Source: Macrostomum lignano
Lineage: Eukaryota
Direction: 5' to 3'
NCBI GenBank assembly: GCA_002269645.1
Contig: NIVC01000337.1
Location: 496,001-560,000, forward strand
Length of the DNA stretch: 64,000 nucleotides
The notes under the pieces were generated by a model that searched no databases, was not told the DNA's origin, and saw nothing but the letters and a program-made list of their open reading frames with translations. Each line of letters starts with the position of its first letter. Position 1 is the first letter of the stretch. Position numbers and translations under genes: made by a program. Of this stretch, positions 35,828 through 48,076 are shown piece after piece.

Positions 35828-38800
35828 TATATAGAACATACTTTATATCATGGTAGCGATCTTTCGAAAAAAAGTCCAAATTCTGTGATTCCTACTACAA
35901 GCTAAGAAGGTTTTAAGTTGCTAAAGTATGAACAATTCTGCAATAATTTGAGCTTTTTAAATACATTTTAAATATAAATTGTATCTGTTAACCTGTATAG
36001 TAGAAATAGATAGCAGAGCTGGCCATAAACTAGATGCATTGGACTAGCTTGGAAATTTTATCAATAGGCACTATAGAATTTAAACTAGGTAATTTTGTAC
36101 AAGGCACTTATATTGTTATGCCCTATCTCATAGTTTTAACATTACATAAGAGTTCTCTATAGATTTTTCTAAACAAATATTTGAAATATTTAATTTTTTT
36201 AGAAACAAGGCTCTCCAAACTCTCCAAAGGATAATTGCAAACCTTAGTTTAAAAGGGTTGGATGAGATCTTTATTGTAAGGCTTACACTTATAAGATCTT
36301 TGTTTTTTGCTATTATGATCTAATAGTCTAATACTGACTCTCAAAAATAATATCAAGACTCAAGATTAACATATATAATGAAAAAGTTTTAACACAAGTT
36401 CTAAAATATCCTATATATCTTAGTAGATATAGATGTATCCATACCCTACAAAAAACTATCTGATGATATATTTATAAATTTTAGAGTAATGATCAGAGAC
36501 TTTAGGCTTAGATGAAAATTATAGTTTACTTACTTAATATAGCAAACCTCCTATTTTATACTTTTGTAGTACCTAGAACCTATACTATAGTTTAAGCCTA
36601 TTTAATGCATTGCCTAGGGGCCTACTAGAAATCTCTATGTAGTATCCCATATTTAATATTACCATTTTATTAGTATTTTTAATATTTTATAAAATCATTT
36701 GAATTGATAAGTTTTTTAATTTATTTATTTTTATTATTATTATAATTTAAACACACATGTATATATACTAAACAAAAAGTACTGAGTTTCCCTATTTTCT
36801 AATGTATTATAACAAAGTTAAGATCTTTTTTTTAAATTTGGACTATGGTTAATGCCAAGCATTAGCCCAATCTAATAATAACTTGATAATAATCTAATAT
36901 CAAAGTTTCCACTTTCCACCATAGCTACAGATATAACTATAGGAAGTTATGGAAATGCATGTTTTTGGCAAACTATACAAATATGGATATGGTTACAGGA
37001 ACTTGTACTTCATATATTTAGTTCCTGTATCTAGTCATGCCACTCAACTGAGACTTAAAAAACCATTGGAGCTGTTGATTTGATGGGGGTAAGGTAGTAG
37101 AAATAAATGAATATTGCTAGTTTGAAAGTAAAGGAAAATCTTAAGTCCCTGGAATTTAGGACTCAAGCATCATTGCATCAACATAGATTGTCAATACTAC
37201 CTTTATTAAGGACTATTAAGATTGGGTATTAAGGGCTATTAAGATGAATGTTTTCACTTTCAATGTAGGGAAGCTCTTAAGTTGGAAACTCAAAGACAGA
37301 GTTTTAATGCCATGTGCATATTGGGCTTAGGTGGTGGGGCTAAAGTTGAGATATATTTTTTCACTTTCAACGTGAAGACTGAAAGAAGCTCTTAAGTTCC
37401 TAGAATTGGGGACTCAAGCAACAAAGACAATAATGTTTGACACTACATACACTATAGGTTTGAATAGGGGAGGGGTGTCAAAGTTAAGACATGTGTCGTA
37501 GTGGTGATTCCTATACACTGAGAATCCCACCGCTGAGACCAAAGTTGTCGCTGGGCTCCGTCTCTCTATACAATTTCAACCGCTGACACCAAAGTTGTGC
37601 TAGGGGTTGCTTCTGTCCCTACAAATGATTTCACTGCTGTCACTAAGTTGTAACAGGCCTTTTGGCTCTCTATGAAATCCCACCGTTATGTCACCAATGT
37701 TGTTACAGGTGTGATTCTTTTTACTGTTCTTACTGTTTACTTACTGATAGCGCATGTACTTTTTACTGGTAGCGTATGTACTCTTATTGGTAGCGTATGT
37801 ACTTTTATTGGCCTGAGCGGTCTCTTGGCACTAATCCTCTAACTCTATGTATCCCCAATTCACTCCTCTAGGAGGGTTTCTCTCAGTCCGGGCGTTGCCG
37901 GGATCAGAGGGTCACAGCGCACTTTGCTGGGTATTCGGCCCTGAGGCGGGTTTCTCAGACTCTAAGCCTGGATTTCTCTACCCCGTGATAGGATTTCTGC
38001 CTTCTATAGGCGGGTTACTAGACTCCTAAGTCTAGGGTTTCTCAGATCCTAGATCTGGTTATCTCGTCCTCTGAGAACAGATTGTACTCCCAACCTTGGG
38101 GCAATTCCTATACTAGTATCTACTACTAAAATTGAGTAATACTGGAACAATTCTTAAACTCAGTCTGAATTTGTCTGGTTAAGCTTGTAATATTCAAGCG
38201 CAAGCTCAAAGCAGAGCAAAGCATTTATTATTCTTAGCCTCTAGTGGGCTTCCTTTTATAGCAAAAATTTTAGAGTGTTTTAAAACAAACTATAATATTC
38301 GTAATATGCAAAATATACAATATATAAAAAGTATTCAACATATTCGTACAGTAAAACAATAGTTATGTTTTCAAAATACAATTTTCCTAGAAACTAATAA
38401 AATGCGGCCTATTACACATGTTTTCATTTTCAACACAAAAGGAGAATTTAAGTCCTTAGGCCTAAGGTAAAAAGAATTAAACAAAACCCAGAATCTATCA
38501 ATATAAGCTTATAAAGTGGAGCCCCAGTAACCATGTGTAAAAATAATGTCATTTTGCTCAAAGTGACACCAGGAAGCTAGATTTAGAAAAAGTTACAAAA
38601 ACTAGACCTATGAAAGGAGAGAACAAGCAAGGAGACAATTAGATACTTTTAATATTATATACACATAAATACTGATATATATTAATATTTTGTTAACAGA
38701 CAAAATGATTGCATCATATTTTTGAAAACAAAATAGTAGTAGACAAACTGGCAGCAAACAAAACAACCATCAACTGCTTATTCTAGCCTATCCTAGGTCC

Positions 38801-39451
38801 AATTAACTTTTCTTGCCAAAATCATTTGTGTAGGCTTACATAATGTTATTTAGGCTTTATTTCATAAAATTAAGTTGATGTACCCTTTGAATCAGTGTTG
38901 GGCACCAGTCTATTAATAAGCATTAATCTGTTAATAAGTGTTTCATTAACATTTTAATGAACTAATTAAAATGATTTTTTTGCACTAATGAATTAGCCTA
39001 ACCAATTTGTGTTAATAATTTTGTGAGTTAACAACAAATTTATCATTAATGTTAATGAATGTCAGTGACTAAAGATGCAAAAAAGAACAAAAATATAAGT
39101 CTGATGAGAAGTTACAACATTACAAATGTATTTAAATCTATATCTAAATACCTAATTATTCTCTTTGTTTATAACAATGATAATGTAAATATACCAACTT
39201 CTTATTAATGAACTTTAATAATGCTTGTGCATAAGCATTGATTGCTTTGATTCACTTCTTTCCTAATCTTTTGTAACTTTCTGTTGCGCCTGCTAATGTT
39301 ACTGAAACAACCCTCCTATTCATATTTGATTATAAACTAATAAAATTATTAATTATTAACTTTCAAGTTTAAAATAAATTAGTTACTTCTTTTACTATAT
39401 GCTTACTTTTAGTAGTATTATATATTCATGTTTTTAAATATGCTTGGATGT

Positions 39452-39638
39452 AACCTAGGGATTCATCTAGCCATTTCTATTGGCAATACACATATATAAG
39501 TCACTATTGGATGATTGGATGAAATAGTAGTCACATGACTGCTCTTAGCCAATAGTGACTTATATGTGTATTGCTAGCCTAGGCCTAACGGCGTAATGCT
39601 AATAGAAAATTAGAAATGGCTAAGTGATTCCCAAGGTT
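39452..39638. mobile_element. Small palindromic MITE-like element
   Basis: Nested inverted repeats: acctagggattcatctagccatttcta / tagaaatggctaagtgattcccaaggt and gcaatacacatatataagtcactattgg / ccaatagtgacttatatgtgtattgc. Confidence 0.5.
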
Positions 39639-40603
39639 GCACATGTATGTTTTTAAATTATTATTCATTACTTTTTTAGCTTCTAAATTTTAGATGACCT
39701 TTGTGTTTTGCTAAAAAGGTGGAAAAGCAAAGACAGTGCATCATGGAAGTCTGTTTTGGAAAAAAGTGAAAGATTTCCAACTATTTTCTATGTTAACTTT
39801 AGTGGATTACCACTTATTAAAAATTATCAGTTAACTTTCAGTTAACTTCACAAAATTAAAAGATAATAAGTTGAGACTTTGTTTTAGGCCTAATGCTAAT
39901 ACTTTTGCTATTAATAATGGACAAAAATATCATTGCAATAGCAACAATTTTAGCAGAATATTTTATTTTAATGCTAGAAAAAGAACAAATTATTCTCTTT
40001 TTTCTTAAATAGTCTATTTTATTTCAATAATGAATAAGGGACATATAAAAAATTGCAATGTTAAACAAAATAAAAAAATTAAGCTTAGGCCTATTTTATT
40101 TTTACTTTTATAAATAGGCCTAGCATAAATCTGCTAGCTAATCTACTAGCCAATGTGGCTAGTTTAAATTGTGAAAGATAAAGAGTGAGTCACGAAATTG
40201 ACGAGTTTTGACAATTATATTAGGGCCTAGTAGGCCTAGGCTTGTTCATTTGATTTTAAATTGAAAACATTTTGAATTATAAAAACTAGCAACACAGAAA
40301 TTCGAAATTCTCTAGTTTAAGTTTACCCCTTATATGTGGCCTAAGTTAGATTAAAATTAGTCATACCTATAGAGTGGCCATATTTTTACTGCTATCTACA
40401 TTTTACGGGATTGTACGCCCAGTCGGTAGTTTTCAATATAATCTAAATATACTAAATCTCTAATATTTGTTTGTTTGTATGCTTGTCCATAACGCTCTAG
40501 AGACTGCAATTCTTCACCGATTTTGATCGCGTTTTCGCCAAAATAAAATTCTAAATATTGAGTTTGACCTAGAGCCCTCTCAGTACTCAACTTGTGCTCG
40601 AGA

Positions 40604-43600
40604 GGGTGATTCTCATCGAGAGGTTTCGGAGGTGGTTTTGAGGTTTTTCAGAGGTTTCATTTCGAACAAATATTTTTGCACAAAATTTTTAATACTGTAC
40701 AAAAATTAAAATGTTACTCAAATTTACTAATGAATACAAATTTTCTTTATAAAATAGCTCGGAGGTTTCGGATTCTTTTCAATTTTGCTTGTGATAGGTA
40801 CGCGCGGAAACTATTTAACTATTTTTATGCAAAGGTTTTAAAAATTACACTACACACTTTTAATGTCCTCGTTCCCATTGGCTTTCGCCATTCACATTTA
40901 ATGTGTATGAATAAAATAAAAAACTTAGACAAAGGCGCTGCTTGAAATATACTCATAAAATATAGACAGTTGTTTCATCCATTTTGCCAATTTACTTTTG
41001 AATGCTGACATTTGCATTCGAATTGTTATGACATTGACGTACTGGATGCATACTACACACAGAAGCAAATAGCAGCATTATTGCTGTCTCAATGTTTTTT
41101 TATAAATATCTAAGTGCCTGGAATTACAAGTATTGCTTCTTCTAGCAAAGCATTTTACCTTTAATCATAAAATTTATTTTAATTACCAAAAACTATTAGA
41201 TTTTCTCTCATAAATAACACTAGTTACCTTGCACAACTGCTCCTGCTGACCAAAGCGCTAACGTTGAAGTTAGTTTTTTTACAAACAAAATGTTTGTAGT
41301 AAGACTTTGTATTTTGTACATGTATTGCACCACCTTTGTTCGATGCTAATCTATTTTGAGCAATAAGCTAGATGGCTAGTACCAATAGCTTTATGAGAGT
41401 TAAACCTAAAAAGTCATCAGACACAGTTTTTGGCTTTTTTTATTCGAAAATAATATAATTTCTTCCATTTTTAATGTGTTTGCTTCTTTAAAGATTGCAA
41501 GAGCTAATGCACAGGAAAATCATTATGTTTATTGACTTTTAAAATTGTTTATGAAAAGTTATAGATGAAAGTAATCAATACCTTTTATTTCAACATACTT
41601 TGTTTCAGCTGCCAGCACCAAGCCTGAACTACCGCTTGCCTGGTCTCCTCCCTGCATTCTAAGCCTATTTACCAAGCTGTGTACAGGCCAACAATGCTTC
41701 ATATTTGTCTAACCTAATAACACACATTATGGAATTCCCTGTCCTATACCCACTTTTTGCAACTCGGTGCACCTAGCTCGCCACCCTTAGAGTTGTGGCA
41801 GACTGGTTGCTTTTGTGGTGGCAATTGGTTTGGTTGTCAGCATACAAAAGATGGCTGTGCTAACCAGATGACATCAAAGACAGCCTAGAGGCTAATCTAC
41901 TGCGAACTGCCTTCAAGATGAGTGACTGAAGTTCTTCAACTGCTTGCTAGTTGACACAGGCGCTCCAGCCTTTGTTAGGCATCATCTTTCATATGCATTA
42001 ACTCCCAAATTTAAGAACTTCACTTTCATTTGAGTAAATAAAAAGACAAGACTTTTATTCTCTCATGTACAGATCGGAAATGTGAACTTCTAAGTGTTTT
42101 GATTCGCAACGAATATTTATAGTGTATTTACTATTTATGCAATGTAACAGCAATGTATGGATAAAGTCTGTATACATACTGATATAGAAAATAGAAAATG
42201 CTCCTTCTTTGTTTTTGAAATGCATTCTTTGATTGGTGCAAGTTCCCTTGGCACAATTCCCGCAGGGCAATCAGGTGGGTTCCAAATTCCTCTCCAATCT
42301 TGGCACCAGCATGCCTGACATTGCTTTTCATGGCCTTCAATTGAGACTATCGAAACAGTTGATGCTGGAAGCCCAAAAATTCGACAATGGGACTCGAGTC
42401 CTGCAATAATGAGCAACAACGCTGAAGTCGAGCCGCATCAAAATATCCTGTAATGGGTAATAGTGAAATGAAGAATTTTATCTGTCTAATCATTGGAATG
42501 AATTTCCCTGAAAGGTCATGCAATAACTTTTGCTGAAAATTGCACCATTAGGAATTTAGGGACACTAGCCATGTAACATGTAAGAATGTCATCACTTGCC
42601 CCAACCATTGGCTACCCTTGATCCTCACATATTGGAAAGACAGCATTTAGAAAATTTACTCACTTGGTACAGTCAAGTGTAGTGAAGACCTTGGTGTGTC
42701 ATGAAAGACATTTGGTGGATTAATTTAATTGGCCTCTAGAAGCATATCATATTGTGCAATGGTGTTTTAGCAGGCCAATGCTTAGCACAAATTCTAATGG
42801 AGTTTGATAGGCTCTGGAAAGATGGCATGATTGATCAAATAAAATACAATGTTAGTCTTATATACAAGCACAAGTACTGAACATCACAAGAAAATCTAAA
42901 TATTTATAACCTTTTCCCTAACATGGTTTGCACCAAGCATTTCATTGGCATGATAATTACTGAAGTACATGTAAATGATAAGATAATATATTGGTTTAAT
43001 ATTAAAACAGTTAACTTATAAAATAAAAAAATTATTATTGAATAAAAATGTGATAACTAGGCATACATAAGTAGGAGCTACTGTATAATATGAATATTTG
43101 CATTAAAAGACAAAAACTAAAACGAGTTACTAAAATGTAAGAAAATTAGAAATTTTACTCACCTATAACAATTTAGATTATAACTGAATATAAATAGCTA
43201 TTAATAAACTATATTTAAAATTTTATTAAAATGTAAAAACTTCAGATCATTAGAGCCCTCAATTTTATAGGTAGATGTAGAGCAGTAAAATGAATAAATT
43301 TTGCCACTTTCAAAGCTTTGTGAAGGAGATTTTCCCTAGGATTAGAGACCTAGGTAGGCCTAATAAAGATTTTTATGCTATGTGCATAGTGTGTTAGGAT
43401 TTAGGATAATGAGGTAAAAATAAAAAATATGCTTGTAAAGTAAAATGTTAAATAATATAATATTAAATGATTGAAAGATAATAAAATATAAAATTATTAC
43501 ACATTCTAGATGCCTAGTAAATTGGTTTGGGCCTTTTTATGACTAGGTCTATATTGTTAGTCTGTATTTAGGGCTGGCTTAAAAATTGATAGCTTTCTAA

Positions 43601-44032
43601 CTAAAGACTAAGTCAAAAACAATATGAAATTTGTTTTGGTAAAATAGTGTGTGTATTTAATTGCATGGACAGGTCTAGTAAAAATTACAATTAGGATAGT
43701 TACGAATATGCATTGAAAGGGAACAACACACATTTGCGAGTATTCGCAACTTTGGGCTAATGAAATGAAAAGAAAACAATATGAAAATCATGCATAAAAT
43801 GTTACTACTTCCTTTAAAACAGTTAAATAATTTCCGCGGGTACCTATCACAAGCAAAATTGAAAAGAATCCGAAACCTCTGAGCTATTTTCTAAAAAAAT
43901 TGTATCAATTATTAAATTTTAGTAACTTTTTAATTTTTGTGCAGAATTAAAAATTTTGTGCGAAAATATTTGTTCGAAATGAAACCTCTGAAAAACCTCA
44001 AAACCTCCGAAACCTCTCGATGAGAATCACCC
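40604..44032. mobile_element. Non-autonomous DNA transposon (MULE- or Merlin-like), copy 2, 3429 bp
   Basis: Same long TIRs as 8400-12240, with a different perfect 9-bp TSD tgctcgaga (40595-40603, 44033-44041). Colinear with copy 1 but lacks the segment of about 430 bp found at about 10030-10460. Confidence 0.9.
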
Positions 44033-45954
44033 TGCTCGAGATGAGAGCGCGCGAAAGGGAATTGGAAATCTAAATTTTAATATAAATTGTCAGCAGTCAA
44101 ATTTTTCGACAACTCAGTTCTTCATTTTTTATGTTTCTGCGAGTTTAAAGCTATTTCGCTCGTTTTTTGCCTAAACTAGAGTGATCTGTTTTGTTTTACC
44201 GTTCTATGAAAATATAAAGAAGAGCTCGATGCACGACTTACGTTTCACTAGCGAATAAACCATCACACCATTTTTTAGAAAACAATTCGCTATCGCAAAA
44301 AATATGTCTGGTAAATAAACTTTTTCATTATGAATATTCGCCACGAGGTTTCGTCTCCAATAGTGATTCGCTAGTGAAACCAAGGACCACTGTACTACTA
44401 CTACAGTGGTCCTTGTAGTGAAACGTGAGTGATGCACCCTCCCTGATGCTTAGTCAGCATATTGCACGCGCTTTTTTCTGCGACCTCGTTGCACTGGCAG
44501 TATTTTGGCAAAACTTGCGGAGCTCTTGGCTCTTATAGAGCTTTTTTATGTAAAATTCTCGTATCATATCTATATCGATCGTAGTATAGTAGTAGTCCAA
44601 AATTTATCGATCACACTCATCGATCTTTGTGTCAGACTACAGGGAGGGCGGGGTTGCCTGCACCCGCAGGTTTCTCGGGATGGTCGCAGACATGTTGTGG
44701 ATATTTTCAAGGCCTGCAATTCGCGCTGTCACGAACTTGCCTAGTTCGATCAGAAAGTAGAATTTCAATGAGCAGGTAATGCTAATTGAAATCGGCACTG
44801 AAGCTAGTCACCAGCCCAGAACTCTGCGGCATCCCCGAATCCGCTGACGCAGTCATTGCAGCTCCTGTTAAGCAAGGAAGCAAGGATGGAACCCGTGTCT
44901 TCCATCTGCTGTAGCGAATCGAAACTCGCGACTCTCCGCTGGCGCTATTCGATTAAAGGACCCGCGCCTACTACATGTAGAAGATGGAATGGAGGTGCGG
45001 ATCGGGCCCAGCAAGACCAATCAGTTCTCTTAATGCCACCACGGCACCACCAAGTCTGGCTGCCACAGTGCCTAAGCATCTCAAGCGAAACTAGGTGGCG
45101 GCAGACGGTCCCGATGCGCTTCTGTTTTCAATCCGATCTGGTCAGCGACTCGCCCCCTCTCTGTCGGTTGCAGTTCCCCACACAGCTGATTCAAGCGGCA
45201 ACAGCGGCAGCTTCGACCATGGAGCAGCAATCTCAGGACATTCGCTGCTCAGTGGGCCTGAAGTCATATCTCTGGGGGGATTGGAGAAGCGTTTCGACTT
45301 TTTTTTCCGCTACATCAAGTGGTTGTGACAACAGCTCAGCTCACCAGCCACTGTTCACCTTCGCTACTCTGACTCTGTTTTGGCTTTAGACTGCTTTGTT
45401 AGGGACTTTCCACTTTAGCACAGCTCTTTTCAGTCTTCGCTTTCCTGCCTCTGACATGAATTCGATGATAGCCACTATAGAATTAGTGGAATTGTAGAGG
45501 CAGTGAAAATTATGTCCTGAAAGCCTCCTCGTGACAACTTACAAACGGGAGAAAATGATCTCTCTTTTTTCATCCCTTGGTTCCCATACTGCTTTCTATC
45601 AGTCCTTGCTGCTCAAAATTGGTTCCCTTTCTCTGATCCACACTCTCACAGCCCCTGTGAAGCTTGAAAATCAATAAACAGATCATTTTAGCAGCTCGTA
45701 TAGTGGAAGTTGTCACCAGCGAGCAAGTCCGTGCAGCAGCGAGTTGAGGCGGACAAAGGAGGACCCGCATGCCCGGTCTGCAGAGCGGGTTTTTCGCCCA
45801 TTGTCCGGATCTGACCGCATGGCTTGCTGTCCGATGCACAAATTATTCATGATTTCGCTTGTAAATGCTTTTAAAGCATCATATTGAGCATTTTATACTG
45901 TATATTATAGCTGCATGATACTGCTGCCGTCAGTCTGTATGGGAGGCTGTTAGG

Positions 45955-46009
45955 AAATGATGATGATCATAATGATGCTGATGGTGATGATGATGATGAT
46001 GATGATGAA

Positions 46010-46030
<21 letters not shown>
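45955..46030. repeat. (GAT)n microsatellite
   Basis: Direct inspection. Confidence 0.95.
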
Positions 46031-46051
<21 letters not shown>

Positions 46052-47043
46052 TAGAACACACCAACAGAATAGAATAACTGATGCCGATTTCACTCCATGA
46101 ATTATGCTCATACTGTTCATAGAGAAATTCGCAACAAGGTGCCCATAGTCAACTGGTGCCACCTGTTGAAGGTCTAGAAGGTCTGCCTGGGTGAAGGCCA
46201 GTGACCAACGAGACCAGGCGGTGCTTTGTTAGGTCCTCAGCTCCACCAGCTGAACAGTGCACGGACATCGACACGCACAGGTGACCCGAGTTCTGTGCCC
46301 CACCCACCTCACACGCTAGCTTTTTGAAAGTTGGCCGGAGTCTTCATCAGCGTGGGCTCGGGCTTCGGGGTGCGGCTGTGAGCACTGATGAGCGAAGCGG
46401 CAGCGAGTTTTGCTGCAGCCGCTAAGGCTGTTGAAGTCGAAACAGACGCTGTTGCATTTATATTATTTTTGTTGGTGTCATCAAGTACCAATGTCTGCGC
46501 TAACAGCACTCCACCGCGTTACGTCTTGCTGAAGAAGCCGGCACGATCGTCATCATATCGCATGGCTTTTGTGCGATCGAAGCCTAACTCTAGCAGGTCA
46601 CCATAGAACTGCATTGAACCCACATCCACAATTGCACAATTCATGTTCCGGTTAATTAAAATGAAAGAAGCTGCATTGTCTTTCCGTTTTTGGCAGCAAT
46701 ATTGTCTTGAAACATTTTTTTCCTAAATTGGCCTGAGTTCTGAGTCTTTGCGTATGTTATTCAACTCATCTAGCTTGTCGTGCATTGGCGCTTTTCAATA
46801 ATTTATCATTTCTCGAAGGAGAACTTGCACAATAAATTTATTTGTCCAACCACGAAGCAGTTCGTAACGTTGGTAAGTATTTTTGCCAAGAAAAAAAGCC
46901 CTTTACACAAGAGGGACTTCGTTCGTCCTTATTTGTGACATGTATTCGAAGTACATGTACATTCATCTTGCTCGTACGTTTCATAGTCTATTTAACAAAT
47001 AACCAAGTGTTTGTGGGAATTTATTGTGGGAATCACCCACAAA

Positions 47044-47360
47044 TTACTGAGCGTCAGCCTTCAGCTTCACCGCATTGTCCATCGCACGCTTGTTGTATCT
47101 GAAAGTTTGGAATCGAAGCGGGAACTGAGCTTATAGTTACTACAGTGCATACTAAAATGTAAGTTGCAGATGCACTACCTGGGTCTGCCCAGCGAGGCAA
47201 AATATCGGTTGAGATTCAACAGGTACTCCTTCAGCGAGTCCGGATCGTCGAAGGCGTCGGTCGACTGGGCCAGAAAGGCGTGATGGCGGCCGCCTGAGGC
47301 GTAAGATCTGGCGGTACTTGTTGACACGGCAACGAGTAGCAGCAGTTGTAGCCAGCTCAT
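47044..47360 (-). CDS. NPF: Neuropeptide Y/F-family precursor, two exons (47360-47179, 47098-47044)
   Basis: Signal peptide MSWLQLLLLVAVSTSTA and NPF-like core AFDDPDSLKEYLLNLNRYFASLGRPR. An 80-bp phase-2 intron splits the Arg codon (AG|gtagtg...tttcag|A), the intron position typical of NPY/NPF genes. Exon 2 reads YNKRAMDNAVKLKADAQ*. TATATA lies at about 47439-47444. Confidence 0.9.
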
Positions 47361-48076
47361 TGTTTCTTTTGACAGGTTCTCTATGTTGAATAAATCTAGA
47401 ACTGCAGCACACGTGCTGCCATGGCAAGCATTCGAGTCTATATATGATTAGAAAGTTGATTTCGAAGGTGAGTGGTCAGGCCTTGTTACAACCAATCAGA
47501 TCTGATCAGAACGCATTTTGCTGTCCCATGCCCAGTTGCCGGGCACTGATCTGTACCGATTCTCGCCCTATAAATCACGCAATCACTTAGGCGACTCGTT
47601 ACATCCGCAATATTCCTAATCTGTAGCAATATTTTCTCTGCGAAAATTGTTAACTCTGGCTAATACATCGCTGCTCTGAGTCTCAGTATATGGCCGAAGA
47701 AAATCAAACGAATTTACCTGCCCCGAATTTACTCGATTTTCTTTCGAAGCACGCGACACCTTGGCTGCTTTTTGATCAGAGTTCTCCAAGGCCCACCAAT
47801 ATGGTAGTGACGTCAATTGCAGCTCGAAAGAGAGTATTTTAGAAATTCGACACGAGCATAAATTAAATACTTTATTTTTCTTTGAGACATCCTTTGAGAC
47901 CCGGAACTACTTCATTGTTATTAAATATGCTCAAATCGTATTGCTTTTATTGATATTGTTTGTGACAACTAAACCTAAAAGACAACAAACTAAATACAAC
48001 TATTAGCCATGGGAAATTCATTGCTAAAAACAGCCCACGAGTTCGGGGCCAGCCCGGCTCGAGACCCTTGTGAGCG

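Noticed and set aside
46380-46460. Hammerhead ribozyme-like core (ctgatga ... cgaaac ... gt)
   Set aside because: Stem II does not pair beyond one base pair, and stem I pairs only if the cleavage-site nucleotide is omitted.
44850-46610. Short ORFs and a possible exon (FYGDLLELGF...) downstream of the NPY-like gene
   Set aside because: No consistent splice chain or homology; splicing the NPY exon 1 to this acceptor gives Ser and an early stop rather than RF/RY.
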